From the human T2T-CHM13v2.0 reference genome, Homo sapiens, in the NCBI RefSeq assembly GCF_009914755.1, contig NC_060927.1: DNA of 64,000 nt; one strand, 5' to 3'. The translations under genes were made by a program, and so were the position numbers. The stretch's first letter is position 1, and each line of letters starts with the position of its first letter. The notes beneath the pieces were generated by a model. The model ran no database searches and had not been told where the DNA came from. It saw only the letters and a list, made by a program, of their open reading frames with translations. This document shows positions 1 to 14,296 of the stretch, one piece after another.

Positions 1-506
1 AAATATTTTAATCATACTGTATTTATTGTTTGAAAATATTTGCACAGATTTTTAATAATACTAATGTTTACTTTCCAATTGTTTCATGAGTTACAGTATT
101 AATATTAAATGACCATTTATACAAACTCTTGACCATGATTAAAACATCATTCAATTGCCTGCCTGACTTAATTTTCCAGGCTCATCTTTTACTACCACTT
201 ATATATCTTAGGCTATAGCTTTATCAAGTTTAATTCAGTATTTTTGTTCATGTTTCATGCCATCTCAAATGCTTTCAGAATGACATTGTCTTCTGTAAGG
301 GAGAGGTCTGGCCACCTGTCTATCAAAACTCCCTCCCAGATGCCTCTCTAACCTCAAACTTTTTCAGCCACCTCTCTAATCTCCTATGCAGTAAAGTTCT
401 TCCACAGCCCACCCTGTACATACTTCTGTTACAGTACACTTAGCAAGACTATTTCCAACTCTATGCATATATATTTTGCCTTTCTTGATAGACTTGCTGG
501 CAAGTT

Positions 507-726
507 TTAATTTTTTTTAATTTTCATATTTATAGATTTATGGGATACAAAAGTGCAGATTTATTATGTGCATATATTGTGTGGTGGTGAAGCCTGGGCT
601 GTTAGTGCACCCTTCACCCAAATAGTGAACATTGTACCCAATAGGTAATTTTTCAACCCTCATCCCTCTCCGACCCTTCCACCCTCTGCAGTCTCTAATG
701 TCTATTGTTCCACTCTGTATGTCCAT
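507..726 (-). mobile_element. LINE-1 3' end fragment (L1PB4/L1MA1-like)
   Basis: A T-rich tail is followed by typical L1PB/MA 3' UTR text (ttcacccaaatagtgaacattgtacccaataggtaatttttcaaccc). ORF 538..726 is the usual spurious L1 3' UTR peptide (VEKLPIGYNVHYLG). Confidence 0.85.
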
Positions 727-994
727 TTTCTTTAATAGTTGGATTCTCAGTATCTTGATTCAGGGCTTTCATACATCAGTGCCCAACTATATCTTGTTGA
801 ATTTTTTTATTAGATAATAGGCAGCTAAACTTTAAATATGAAATACATAACATCTTTTTTATTTTCAAGTCAAGTATAGTTACAGCATGAGAACTACATA
901 CCTGGTTGTCAAGGAAAACATGGGAAAAACTTTTCATTAAGTTTCTTAGTAGAAGGGTCAGAATTTAGTGGGGTACCCCAGACTGAACCCAGAG

Positions 995-1532
995 TGTGGT
1001 GGTTTTTGAAAAGAGTTGAAAATTCTTTGATACTCCTACTGTTGAGATGTGGGGTTGATGTCTCCTCCCATTGAATCTGGGCAGGATCGTGAGTGCTTTG
1101 ACCAATAAAGGATGATAGAAATGATGCTGAATGACTTGCAACGTTACTTCATAAAAGGTCCTATAGCTACCACCTGGTTCTCTTGGCACACTCACTGTGG
1201 AGGGAGCCATATACAATGAGACCTTCCTGTTGGAGAGGCCATCTGTAAGTGCTCCACTTGAAAGCCCAGCTGAGCTCCCAACCAAGAGCCAGTATGTGCT
1301 GCCTGCCAGGTTAGTAAATCATTACGGATGTCCAGTTCAGCTAACATTTCAGATGGGTGCAGCCAGCATCAGCTGACGTCTGATTACTAGTGTGTGAGAC
1401 ACTCCAGGTGCAAACTATTAAGCCAAGTTCTGCCCCAATTCCTGACCTACAAAATGAGAGCAAAATAAAAGGACTGTTTCGAGGCACCCACTTTTGGGAC
1501 AATTTGTTACACATCAATCGTAACTGGAATCA
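995..1532 (+). mobile_element. MaLR solo LTR, MLT1G-like
   Basis: Starts TGTGGT..aaattctttgatactcct, contains ttgaatctgggcagg..tttgaccaata, and ends with the MLT1 tail aatttgttacacatcaatcgtaactggaatca. Confidence 0.75.
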
Positions 1533-4500
1533 ACCTAGCGTCAGGATTAGGACTCAGATCCCAACTTTATTTGCATGCTTCTAGGAAACCTACTCTTCCT
1601 TTTTAGATCTCAATTAATCATTTGGTAATTATTAACAGTAATAACTTACATTTTCAAAATACTTTTATCTACCTAGTCACATTTCTAAATTCACAAATCG
1701 AATAACTGTCATTGTTATTGTGCCTGAAACCATTGCCTGAAGTCTCAGAATTAGGCTTCTGCAACACAAGCACTTGAACCCAAGACTTACTATGGGTTCT
1801 GTATAAGTCAACGAAACCTCCAACCTAAAAATTTGCGTACACTCCTACCTCTGACCCACTTCACCTACAATGAGAATTATCTATTAAATTGATGATCTCT
1901 AAAATCTGATCTGGCTCTTTGATTCCAAGACTATATAATGCTTAGATAATAATAATTCCTTTCCATTTCAATCTATGGACGTAATGGAGGAAGTAATAAT
2001 GTGAAGAAGGCCAGCTAGCAGCTTTTAAAAATGGAGTGTTGCTGTAAAGTGTAAATAAGAAAATGGCAGAAAGGAAAGTTAAGCAATGACTTGCTTGAGA
2101 AATGAAAAGACAAGCAATTATTCAGATGGGAACATCATATAAAATATGTGAGCAAGATAAAGCAGTAACATTTTTCTGAATTGTTATTTTTATAATGAGA
2201 AACGTAATGCTTAACACACATTTTCCTACTGTGGACAATGTGCTGTCCCAAACTCCTGAGTTGTGATGATTTTACTGGGACTCTCAATGGATCTTTTCCT
2301 TAACAACAAAGTTGGGGGTGGAGTGCTAATTTCTAAATAGGTGAAGCTCTTATTGGGATAAATGGATAATGGAACAATAGCTAACGATTTACCATAAATC
2401 ACTGTTAATATTTGCCATTGCTGTCTGCTGGGTAATTGAATACTCTGAGGACAGATATAGGACTATGGAACTGTAGACTGTGTATCTTGACTCTAATATT
2501 GACTTTCTGAATGACAATAGAAAAGCAAGTTAGCTTACGTGGGTTGAGAAATGGAAGGATTTCTACAAGGTGAAAGAATAATTCACTTCACATTATTTAT
2601 AAAGTTCACAAGGAGATTAATACATTAATACATAGACAAAAATGAATTACCTAAAAATGATAAATATAGGAAAATAGATTAACTGAATCTCAAGCAGAAG
2701 TGCTTAAAAACACCTAAAATAGTTGTATCACTAGATTTCTTTCAGCTAGCTTGTCTCCTTTGTATTAACCCTTCTCAATCAACGGCTACTACAAAAGCCT
2801 TTTAGTACGTGAAGTTCAGAATATACATGCATTAAGCATGATATTTTCAATTATCGTCTAAGAATGGATGACTTTTACAATTTATTGCCTTTGTTATTTA
2901 AAAGAACTGAAATATTTCACTTTTAGATAAATACTTATAAAAGTCTGTAGATCAGAGGGGTTAGCCTGCCAGGATTCATAAAATAATCAATAAGCAATTA
3001 ATTTGTCTACTTATATCTCTTCTTGTTCGAAGAACGATTTAAAGTAGGCATCATGTACATTGTAATTTACAATATGTGAATGACGTAGATAAGTAAAATA
3101 TTTAGAACATTGTGTTTAAGGAAATAGAAATGGAAAGAAATTTTCTTTCAATGATAAAGAATAAATATATTCTGTATCTTTTTCTCTTCCATGTATGACT
3201 TTGGACCATTTTAGTGCAGAACAACCTCCATAAAGAAAAGTGCATACAAAAGTTGATTTTAAGAAGGACTTTGTAGAGTGTAATGCTGTACTCTTTTTTA
3301 TTAAACTTTTTTGCTTTATTTTTTAATTAATGTATCACATTGACATATTGTATAGTGAGTACAGGAGAAACACATTGCTTAGATGTTTTAGCTTCCACTT
3401 CAATATGTGTAAGGATCCATTTATATATACAGAAAGCCATTGACGTGCTTACATCATCAAAAACATAAATTTTAATTCTAAATCACTATTTTGTGGACAT
3501 TAACTTTTGATGAATGTGGGATCTACTTTTTTGAAGTTTCATTGAAAATAAGCAAAAAGGAACAGGATTTTTTGGTAGTAAGTAAAGAATCATCTACTTA
3601 ATTGACACATAACTATAATATTAAATTTGTTTTTAGCCAATTGGCACTGATACAATAGGCATTGATAACTTCTTATAGAAACACAAAAAGTCCTTTACAA
3701 AATATCAGTGTACGTCCTATGATAAAATATAAAATAACATATTAATAAAATGTTTGAGAATGTTTATGTGTTTTTTTAATGGCAGTAATTTAACCTTAGT
3801 AATTTAATATACTAATCTTTATTGTGAAGCCCTCAGAGTTCCTCCAACTTGTTTTACACAGTGCACACTTCTTTACAGACCTTTACGAGGTCAGTTTTCT
3901 GCGGAAGACAGTTTAGAATAATTTGCTCCAGGCAGCATTTTCTGATGTAAATAATCTCATCCTTCCATCCTGTTACTGACAAATGAATTCGACCGCCTTT
4001 TCTCAAAGACTCCGGAGTTTTGCCATCTTGATTTCGTCTCATGATGTATAATCAAGTTGAAACTAATTTTTAATCACTTCTTTGTTCTAGAAGTATTTAT
4101 TAGATTAAAAGTAACCTGAAATTTTAGCACGTTTTGTTGGTAATTGGCAGAGAAATATATTAGAAAACTATATACTGTATAGTAGATTGTAAAAATCACT
4201 TTCCATTTGAGATGAAAAGTGTTTTAAAGAATAAAGATTTAATATAATCAAAATGTAATATAATATATAAATATAATATGTAAAACTTTAGTTTAAATTA
4301 ACAATTATGTTAAATTTTAGGCTAGTTAACAGAATCATATAATTCTAGATAGTTTTTAAGTGTAATAACAGTTCATTGCCATTTTGAAAAAGGATTTCTT
4401 TGAAATGATTTCAGTGCATAGTGAAGCACACATATACATAGATATACATAATTATTTTTTCATTGGCTAAACAAATCTATATATCTTGGTCAGATGAAGA

Positions 4501-4849
4501 AAATTGTCTATTTAATGTCCCTTTATATACTTGAAGATTGTTGAACAAAAGTACAATCTTTTTAATTTAAATCTTAAGCTTATTCCTTTTTAAAATTTCT
4601 GTGGATTAAGTGGGAAAATACCAACAAAAACATATGTAGATTAGAAGCACATAATAGATTTTTTCCCCAACTAAATATGATTTTTCATCCTTGGCCGTGT
4701 AGACTGCTACGTGGCAACACCTAGCAACCACACAAGTTTCCTTGACAGACCCAGTTGTTCTTTGTTTGGTAGATGTGATGATGCTCAAAGTATAGTAAGA
4801 TCTGGCGACACTTGTTAAAATGTAAATGAAAAACGAATATATGTAGAAC

Positions 4850-5017
4850 AACAGTTATTAGTATTTAATACACATTCAGATTATGTGGGGATCTTGTTAA
4901 AATTCATATTCTGATTAAGTAGATCTAGAGTGGGGTCAGAGAGTCTGTATTTGTAAATCCCAGATGATGATGATGATGATGATGATACTACTCCAACGAC
5001 CATGCTTTGAGGAGTAA
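4850..5017. mobile_element. hAT-Charlie MITE, MER5A/MER5A1-like, with internal (GAT)8
   Basis: ggggatcttgttaaaattcatattctgattaagtagatctagagtgggg..gaccatgctttgaggagta matches the MER5A family. (GAT)8 lies at 4963-4986. Confidence 0.75.
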
Positions 5018-6731
5018 AAACAGAGAAGTAGGTTAACTTATCTTGGTCGGCTGTACAACTCAGGGCTCTATCAGTGATCTGCATTGACCTATTCTGTAAA
5101 TATTATGTAGATTGTTTATTTGTAAATCATAATTCAGAACAAAGGCCAAAATAACTATTGTCATAAGACAAAATATGAAACAAAAAGACAATAGTCATTT
5201 CATTTTAGTCAGCAATCATTTGTGGTTATGCTTGTAATCTACTTTTAAATTTGCTTTGTATTCTTCAAAATGTGGACTTCACAATGAGCTATCCATCTAT
5301 AATTACTTTATTGTCTCTTGCCGTGTAGTCCAGGCTCTGCTAAAATTCACCCCTGATGTTTCAGTGTACAGACAGGTAGGTAAATTATTCTCCCCTACTG
5401 TCTATTGAAGGTACATGTTCTTTCATTTAAAGTTGTCTGCCTTTAAAAAGGCCTGCTTGATAATTTATTCTTGCTCATCTCTTCCATGGTTTAGTTCAGT
5501 GTCTTGATACCTGTCATTGTGTTCTGCATTCCTGCAGTCTCTCTTAAATGACTATTTTCCATTCTTGAATAATTACTGGAAGCTTCCAAGAAAAAATATT
5601 ACCATTGCCAACATGTATTTTTCACTTTGTGTCAACTATGTTTATCTCTTCACAATTAATTTTAATACAATATTATTATCCAAGTATAGCAGGGTCTTTT
5701 TAAATTACCATCATGTAATGTTTTAATTCACTGGTTTAGACTGAACATTATTCTGAAAAATAAATGTCAGGCATAATTCGATAACAAAATATTTGCAGAT
5801 TTTGTGAAGTTGATGGCTTTAAGTAGATATAAAATTTGATTGGCTTAGGATTGTAAACTATGGTTAAATTATAACTCCACTTGTCTAGCTGTGCTCATAG
5901 TCTCTCCTCTCTCCTTTTTTCATCATAATTTCTCAGTGAAAATACTCACTTATTAAATATACTGATGGAAAATACAACCACTCATCATAGTGGTGCCCTT
6001 TTTTTCTAGATGATCATAATTAATCAATTACAAATTTATGAGAAAGAAACACCTGGCACACTTCCATAAACAAATAGATTTCCTGTGGTTTTAAGAACAG
6101 TTGAGGGTATTACAAAGGGTCAGGGCGATCTGTGAGTAAAGCTCTTTTCACAGTTTGACTTCCCCCACATCCCTGTTTCTCATAAATATGCACCCTTACA
6201 CCCAACATACATGTATGTATTTACTTACTCAGCAGGCACATGTTGCAAAGGCTATGGAGAAACAAAGAATGTAAAGGAGAAAGAGAAAAATTGAACTTAA
6301 AAACATATGCATATTTAAAACATTGTGTTTTTAAAAATATATTTTTCAAAGGACCATAAGTCTAAACCAAAGAAGATGAAAAATGGAAGTTTTATGAGTA
6401 AGAAAGATACAGCTTAATGCCTCCAACTGAGGTGATTTTATCCTACAAGTTAGTGCCGGCCATCGGTGTTGGATCCAAGGCACTGATAAAAGAAGGATGC
6501 TCCGATACTTCCTTCAGCTGCTCTTCCAGACCTACTTTCTCACCCTTGACTACAATTTTGTGGAAGAATCTACTGGTATGTTTTCACATTTGAGAGGGAA
6601 ATATACTAAATTTATGATACTGAGATGTTTTCTACCTTTGCACATCTATATATTTTTATCTGGCCTTCATTAAATGCAGTTTTCTTTTAAAAGACAGGGT
6701 TTGTGACAGTTGCTACCCAGTATTCAAAAGA

Positions 6732-7027
6732 CCGTGCTGTTAAGTGTGGTGGCTACTACCCATATGTACAATTTGAGATGTGCTATTAGTTTGAAACATA
6801 ACCAGATTTTCAGGACTGAGGACACAAAAAAAGAGTACAAAACATGCCACCGATGATCTTCTTACATTGATTACATGCTGAAATGATATTCTGACTATAT
6901 TGGGGTTAAGCAGGATCTATTGTTAAAATTAATTTCACCTGTTCTTTTTTGTCCTTTTAAATATGGCTACTAGCAAACTTAAAATTACATATGTGACTCA
7001 TGTGATACTTATTTTGAACAGCACCAC
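6732..7027. mobile_element. hAT-Charlie element, MER33-like
   Basis: Diagnostic text ttacatgctgaaatgatatt..gttaaaattaatttcacctg..ggctactagcaaacttaaaattacatatgtgactca..gaacagcac. Confidence 0.8.
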
Positions 7028-7959
7028 TATAAGGGTTTGGTTTGGTTTTTCTTCCTATGTTTTAAATTCTGTAATGCATAATATTATTTTCTCATTTTGA
7101 TGTCTTTATTCCTAATCAGTCAGAATCTTAAAACAACTCCTCAAAAATTTGACCTGAAAAACCTGAAAAGAATGTCCTTTTGCCCCAAACCATATATTTA
7201 AGTCAAACTTAAAGCTAATGTCTACTCTTTTTAAGTATTTAAGTATCATAAACTGATAAATTTAAGTAATTGAATTTTCATCACTGGTGTTACACAGTAA
7301 TCAACAATATTATGCAAAATAAAAATACGATTTTTATAAATATTTTAAAATTTGCTTTTAGTTTAAAACTCTGGGGAAAATACTATAAAAATAAATCTAG
7401 ACTAATGAGGAAAAATCTACTGCTTTTGAAACTTAAGGAATTTAACTACATATTGTATAGCTTATGCATTTTCAATTTTTTATAAAATGCTTGGTATAAA
7501 CTACTGAGTACCAATTTTTACTTTCTCAAAAAATTGTAATTCTAATTTTTAAATTACGGTATGGAAATATTGAAGGTACAAATATTATCGTTGCTACCAA
7601 CATAATAATGCATGTACTAATCAAAATAGCATTAAGATTTTTCCCAACATTATTTAGTAAACAACAGGAATCAGAATAGGGCAAGTCTGTGCTGATTCTT
7701 TTCAGGGCTGTTGAGGGTTTGGGACAGCAAAAGAGCCCCACGGCATGTGGGCTTTGTTTGTAAAATAGTCCTGGTCTATGGTTTTAGATTATATTTTTAG
7801 TTCATGATTTCAGATTATATTTTTAAGGGTTTCTTGTATTTAACTTACAACATTGTTCTCCAGAATCATAGTGGTATCTAGGAGGAACTTTGCAGAAAAA
7901 CAGAGTGCTTTCTCAATATGTTTTAAAAAATTAGTCACTAAATAATCATGAACAGTAAG

Positions 7960-8046
7960 AAAAATATATATATAATACACATTTATATGTATATAAATAT
8001 ATATGCATCTATGTGTATTTATATGCACACACACATATATGTATGT
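7960..8046. repeat. TA-rich low-complexity / degenerate (TA)n-(CA)n
   Basis: aaaatatatatataatacacatttatatgtatataaatatatatg..cacacacatatatgtatg. Confidence 0.8.
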
Positions 8047-11000
8047 TTTAAAAACACCTACTAGGTAAAGTTTTCCATGATTATTGCTCTTCTCTCCCCA
8101 CCCCTGACATTATACCTTGGGTTTTTTCTTTTTTTTTTTTTTAATTTGAAAATCCGTGTTAAGAAATGGGACTGGATTTTTCTATACACTAATTTTTATT
8201 CAGATTTATTTTAAGTTTACTTTGTTATTACTGGATCTATTGATCTAGAGAGCAGTGAAGTGAGCATACAGTGGCCACTGCACTACAATTTATTCCTGTT
8301 AAGGGGTACTGTAATCATCATGGCATGGTCATTTGCCAGAGTGGACTATTACTAAATCATGTGGATGATTTGTACCAGTTCCAGAGGATTCAATAGTTTT
8401 CCATTTTCATTAGTGGGAATCTATGTCCTTCAAAATCAATGATTTATATTTAAGTCAACAACTGAAACAAAGAAATTTGAATTGGAGCAGTAATGGAATG
8501 AGAGTGAAATTTTTCTGTGTGCACTTTCTGTTTCATCATAGTGCGTTAAAATTTTGGCATCGATGGAAATTCTAAAGTACTATGGTGACAGTCTTCAATT
8601 CTGATAAAAAGCATTTAAATACCATAACCAATGTAAAGTTAAAGGCGAAATGAGATTTCAAAGAAAACACAAATGTAAGAAGTCACACATGTACTTGAGA
8701 CGTTCATTGTTTCCATGTAAAGAGAAGTGCAATCTAATGAATGGTCATGGTCAAAACCTCTTAATCAATAATAAAATGCAGCATTTAGTCACAACATGAT
8801 TAAATCTGTCATGAAGGTTTCTTTTGTTGTAAGGTGACTATTTTTTTCTTTAGAAAGTTTAAAGTCTGATTACATTAATAAACTGTTATATTTATTCTGT
8901 TTTTTTTAATGAGAAATTAAATTGTGACTTCATGAAGGATTTTTTTCTTGAAAACTTCTAAGAGTGGTCAGTCAGTCATATTGTACAGATATGTTTTATT
9001 CTTTCCCCACACATATTAGCCTGGATCTGTGACTGACAAGATTTCCATATATACATACATGCACCTTACCTTTCTGCCTGGGTCTTTCCTGCTTCTTCAT
9101 TAACATATGTCATTCCTGAGTCATTATTTGGATCTCACAATTTGTGAAGAGCTTCAAAATTAAGGGTCTTATTTTTTTACAAGATTAATTTTTTTTTAAT
9201 TTTGCAGCATAGTAAAACACCTGTGAAATAAACTTCAATACATTCTCAAAGAGAGAGACTAATATATCTAATAAAACATACCTTACCAGAGAAAGTGAGA
9301 AAGAATCTTATATTCCTATATCATATATAGTCATATTTTTAGACCACTGAGATCAAATTTGGACCCTCTGATTAGATAGAGATATCTTACGAGCAATCAA
9401 AAAAAGAATGGGAAAAATCCTTGCAAAATGGCCCTGGGAAGAATACAAAGAAACTGGATTTATTTTTTCTCTAAAAAAGTCAGAGGTGGGGACCTTAATA
9501 ACATGAGCTATAAATTACCATTTGAGGAACTGGAGCTGTGAAATTTGCTCCACTGGATATTTGTTATGGAAAGTATGGACAAATATTGATTTTTTCCCTA
9601 GACTGCTACAAATATGCTCCTTTTAAGAAGCAAGTGGATGATGATGTTGTTATTTCTGTGGGGCTTCAAGTCATTGAATAATTGAGCAAGCAGTAAATAT
9701 GTTCAGAAACTAAATCATAAACACAATTAAGATTATCTCTACTTTGAAAGGAATGTACCTTCATCCAATGAGTATGTTAAATGAATTATATTGTAATTCT
9801 GGAATTCATGAGTCGACTGTGTATTTCTAATGTATTTTGTGAATCATTAAAAATACCAAGCTAACTCTGAAACTCTAATTTGCAAGATATGATTCTCTGG
9901 TCCTGGCATAACAACAAATTTATTGTATTTTCTGCATTTACATGCAAAAGTGATTTTAGAATCATAGAATATCAGAGTTGGGGAAAGATCCTATCTGGTA
10001 ACTTTCTTCTTATTTGATTGAAAGAAAGGTCAGTCTTTATAGAAATAATTTCATAGCTTAGTCTAATTCATCGTATATCTTAGTTTAAATCTTCCCATTT
10101 TCTGGTGAATCATGTTTTTAAAAGGAAAAACCTGATAGAAAGCATGATTTGTATTAATTCCCTTAAATTAGTAAATGTTGCTCCTTAAAAAGGCAAGCTG
10201 TAAAACTGCCAGAGATCTTCAGTTGGTGGGGATAAGGACAATAAGATGGAAGATCAAGACTAGAGACAGATAGGAAGCACCCTCTATATAGTTTATAGGG
10301 CTGTAATTATTTGCGTTTGAAAGAAATCTATGTTTTTAAAAGGCAGTATTTTCTGTGGCTGTTTGAATTTCTTATTTTTTGCCTTCAATTAGAAATGGGA
10401 AAAGCTTGGAACTTAGAATATCCTCTTTTTTTTTTTCCCGAGAGGTAGTAATTGTAAACATTGTTTCATCTATTATGGGTCACTTTAAAAATAATGGAAA
10501 ATAGTTTGGATGCAAAGCTGGCACGAAGGCTCAAAATACACAAGAGAATGTGATTCATCTGAAGGAGTTTTGGGATTAATTGGATTTGCTTTGGTCTAGC
10601 TTCATGATCAAGATTAAATTTATACAACAAATATAATTGATATAAAAATATATACAGTAAAACTACAAAATGACCAAATATTTTCTAAAAACTTATTTTT
10701 CTAAAATGAAGGAAAATTTCAAGTCTTATTATGTCTATTCGATTAGAAAATATATTTATCCATGTCTTTATGTAGCTACATATGTAGTCCTAATGGATAC
10801 CTAACTGCTTAACCCCTACATACAGGAAAACAGAAATGTTTTTACTGTTTTGACAGGCTTACTGTTGCGCATCTTGAAGTTATATAATTACCTGCTTATA
10901 AAGTCTGAGAAAGAAATATTATTGATTTCAAAACTCTTCAAAAGTATTTCTTCTTAATTTGTAGACTATGACATATAAATTATGAATAAACATTGAAGCT

Positions 11001-13609
11001 TTGAATTTTGAAGAAAATAATAGGTATTAAGTTTATTTGTAAGATATTTACAGGATTGACAACAAGTTACTGGACGAAAGTAAACTTTAATTGAAATCTA
11101 AAAATTACTTTTATCTACTTCATTATTTTCCTGCTAAATCATGGAAACTTGCTGTACTTAGCAATGAATAACTTGATTTTATCACAGTTGCACAAAAATA
11201 CCAAATATAAAACTTATTAATGTCATAGGTTTATTTCTTTAGAATCAATTCAACTTAATTCTGTCCATAGCATTAACATCTTTTCAGAAGGAAATATGAA
11301 TGAAAATTATTGATCTTTTGACAAAATCTATTTCATGGAATACATCGATGTTATTTAATTGTTCACTCTTACTAAGCCTTCAAATTGTATTACGAAGCTT
11401 AGGAATTTAAACCTAAGTGATATCTAAAATTGGAATAAAATTTTTAATTATCACTATAGCATATTAAGTGGGAAAAAAGTATGTAGCACCTAAACACCTA
11501 AAAACAAGGATATATTGTGTATTGTCTATTTATGAGTTTAAAAGGATGCAATATCCATGTCTGTAAAGCAACTCTTCCCTACTATCACAACCCACAATAT
11601 CACTGTCTTTTCTGTACTTTTGACCTCAGTTTCTGTATCATTCACATAATTCAATTTAATACTTATCTAAACCCCTATGTAACTTCTTTCTCTACTCAGA
11701 AAAATATTATTATGCCTTGACAGAACATACATTTTGAGATTCTAACCAAAGCAATGGATCATCTCCCCAAAGAAAAGCATGCACATTAACACACACAGTC
11801 AACATTTTGAACTCTATATAGTTAAAAACTATCTTAGCAACTTTTCATCGTTAAAGCCATAATAATTCAAATAATACCTGATGCTGATAACTGATTGATT
11901 TTTAAAAATTCAATGGCAGTAAAAACATATGTGTGAAGCATTTGTTTGATGTTTTTATGTTTTTAAATTTCTTAAATGGGAACTATTGTATGTATGTATT
12001 ACTGTTAAAAATTGTGTTTAGCTCATATAAATAAGTATTGTTTTGATCATTAGGCCAACTAAAAGGAAGATTGGTACACATCACAAAAATTTAAAGTAGA
12101 TAGAGGAAATATTCTTGATACTTACTAGAAAGAGTTCTGGGTACTTCACACCCTTTAAGGGCAGATGCAGATATGCCATTGCACTTTTTCATAGCTCATT
12201 CCCCATGTGAATAAATGATCCATTGCTCATCATAGTGATGATGATGCTTTACACACAGTGAAAACACAGTAAATATTGTTTACTAACCAGAAGACACCAT
12301 ACAATAAATTATTAGTATGTGGTATCTTTAATGGAGCACATATAGCAGAGATACACATCTCAAAGAGGCTAATACTAAATTTGGCTACATTGCTGCTCCC
12401 AACATTTCCAATCACCCTAGTTAAACTTTCATTTTCAATGGCAAATTTTAATAGTATCATAAAATTATAATATGAAGGGCAGATTCCTAATGCCTTTTGC
12501 CAGCTGCCTTTTCCCTGTGGATTTAAATATCTTGTTGATATATTATGAGGTAACAATTTTGCAGTTAACTCACGTTCAGAGTATCTTGTTAAAAGTGAAT
12601 AACTTATTCAGTGGTAGAGATCCACACTAGCATTCCTTTGGTTCTGCAATATAATCCTTAATGTGAAATGAAGTTTGATTGTTTTAACTACAAAACATAA
12701 AGGAGTCTGCACTACATCCAAGGGCTTTAATCAAAACTAATGGAATTTTTGGCATAAAATAGTAGAATTAATTAGATCCAGCAAGGCACACTGTTTAACT
12801 GCTAGCCTGCCATTTTACACTGATTCGAAGTCATACATACTTAACAAAAGACATGGGTTGATTGCACAAAGGAGTTGAACACTCTTTTCACATTCGCTGT
12901 GTAAGTTATTATCCACTGTGAAAAGATTATTGACTTTTTTTAAGGAGATATTATGGACAGAAATGATTGCTACCAGGATGACTGGTAGAATTATGTATGA
13001 GATAAGTAATAACTCTAATTTCTCATCTGCTAAATAAATGGCTTTAATTTTAAAATACTAGTTAGTGCATATGAGATTTCTGCTGAATTGAGCAGAATTA
13101 TAAAAGCTGGCTTGGAAATGTAATGGACACTGAGAGCGAAGCATAAAACAAAATGTTTTTTCTTTCTTTTTTTTTTTAACAAAACGTTTTTTCTATACCT
13201 TTGCCTTTCAGTAGTTATTTGTCCTACATTGTTAGTGACGTTCCTTATATCTTATTTCTTCCTAAAGTTTGATCTAAAAATTGCACGTGCTTTACTCTGG
13301 ATTTATACTAATAGGCTGTAGAAAAGACCCGTACCTCTGGTTCTTGTATAAGAGATGGAACATATTTATTGAGAGTTGATGAGAGTTTAGTTAGTCTGGA
13401 GAAAAGATCAACTACATCTAGGTAATACTCAGTTAAATGCCTAAAGGCTTCTTGTGTATTTTTTCTATAATATATTCTTCCCATTATTGTGATTTTCTGT
13501 AACTGAGTACCTCAACTTTGCCTGATCATTATAAATATCTGAAAAGCTTGTTATAAAATAAGTTACCATAGGCCCCTCTAATGGAGAATCACCATTCTAG
13601 GATGTGTGC

Positions 13610-14290
13610 ATGTATTTCCCTACATATACCTACCTCCCTTGCACCCAGGCAGGCTTAAGATATGCAATGAGTTCTGGCCATTGGACCATGAGGAGAGGTG
13701 GTGTGTAGTGTCAGGATGTGGCCATTAAGAAAGAAGTGGTGAGCCTCCCCTGCTTCATTCTTCTCTTGTTCTGTTGTAGAGACATTGGAGGCCATATGTC
13801 CCTGATTGTATGTGTATCAGATAGAGAAAAAGGCTCACTTCACATAAATGTGGTAGTCATTAATGCTATTTGCTGAGTACTCCCTATTCTTCCTTTTGAA
13901 CACTTAGCATACACCTGTGATGAATTTTACTCCTTGGAGCCATGGGTCTAGTTCTAGTGTGTATGAGCTATGAGCAAAGGTTATGTGTTTTAGTTCTGGA
14001 TCAGGGCATTAAATTCTAAGTGTGAGATTCTTCAGCTCCTGTTCAATATGGTAGATATCTATTAGCTAGTGTTCTTGAGTAATTTGAAGAGCAGACCATG
14101 ATGAACACATAACAGGAAAATAAATGAACGTTGTTGTTTGAAGACTCTCAGGACAAATTATGGGCCCATAAAAAATAATCCCAATCTTAATTGATATAAG
14201 AATGACAAATAAACCTTTATTTTATTAAGTTCATTGATATTTGGGGATCTTTCTGTTTTGGCTACTATTCTTAATTTTCCAAAATATTAC
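13610..14290 (+). mobile_element. Old MaLR LTRs: MLT1I-like LTR (13849-14198) apparently nested in an MLT1J-like LTR
   Basis: TGTGGTAGTCATTAATGCT start at 13849. Two MLT1-type 3' tails: aataaa..ttgttgtttgaagact at ~14120 and aataaacctttattttattaagttcattgatatttgggga at ~14210. Confidence 0.55.
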
Positions 14291-14296
14291 AATGTA

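Noticed and set aside
6430-6580. Slightly GC/CpG-richer patch with ATG..G|gtatg (MLRYFLQLLFQTYF..)
   Set aside because: Weak acceptor and donor and an unrecognised peptide; insufficient support.
9062-9120. Minus-strand donor AAG|gtaagg with a possible 46-nt exon
   Set aside because: The upstream AG lacks a pyrimidine tract, and isolated donors are common by chance.
12230-12556. 108-aa ORF in unique sequence
   Set aside because: Non-ATG start, no recognisable domain and no convincing splice boundaries.
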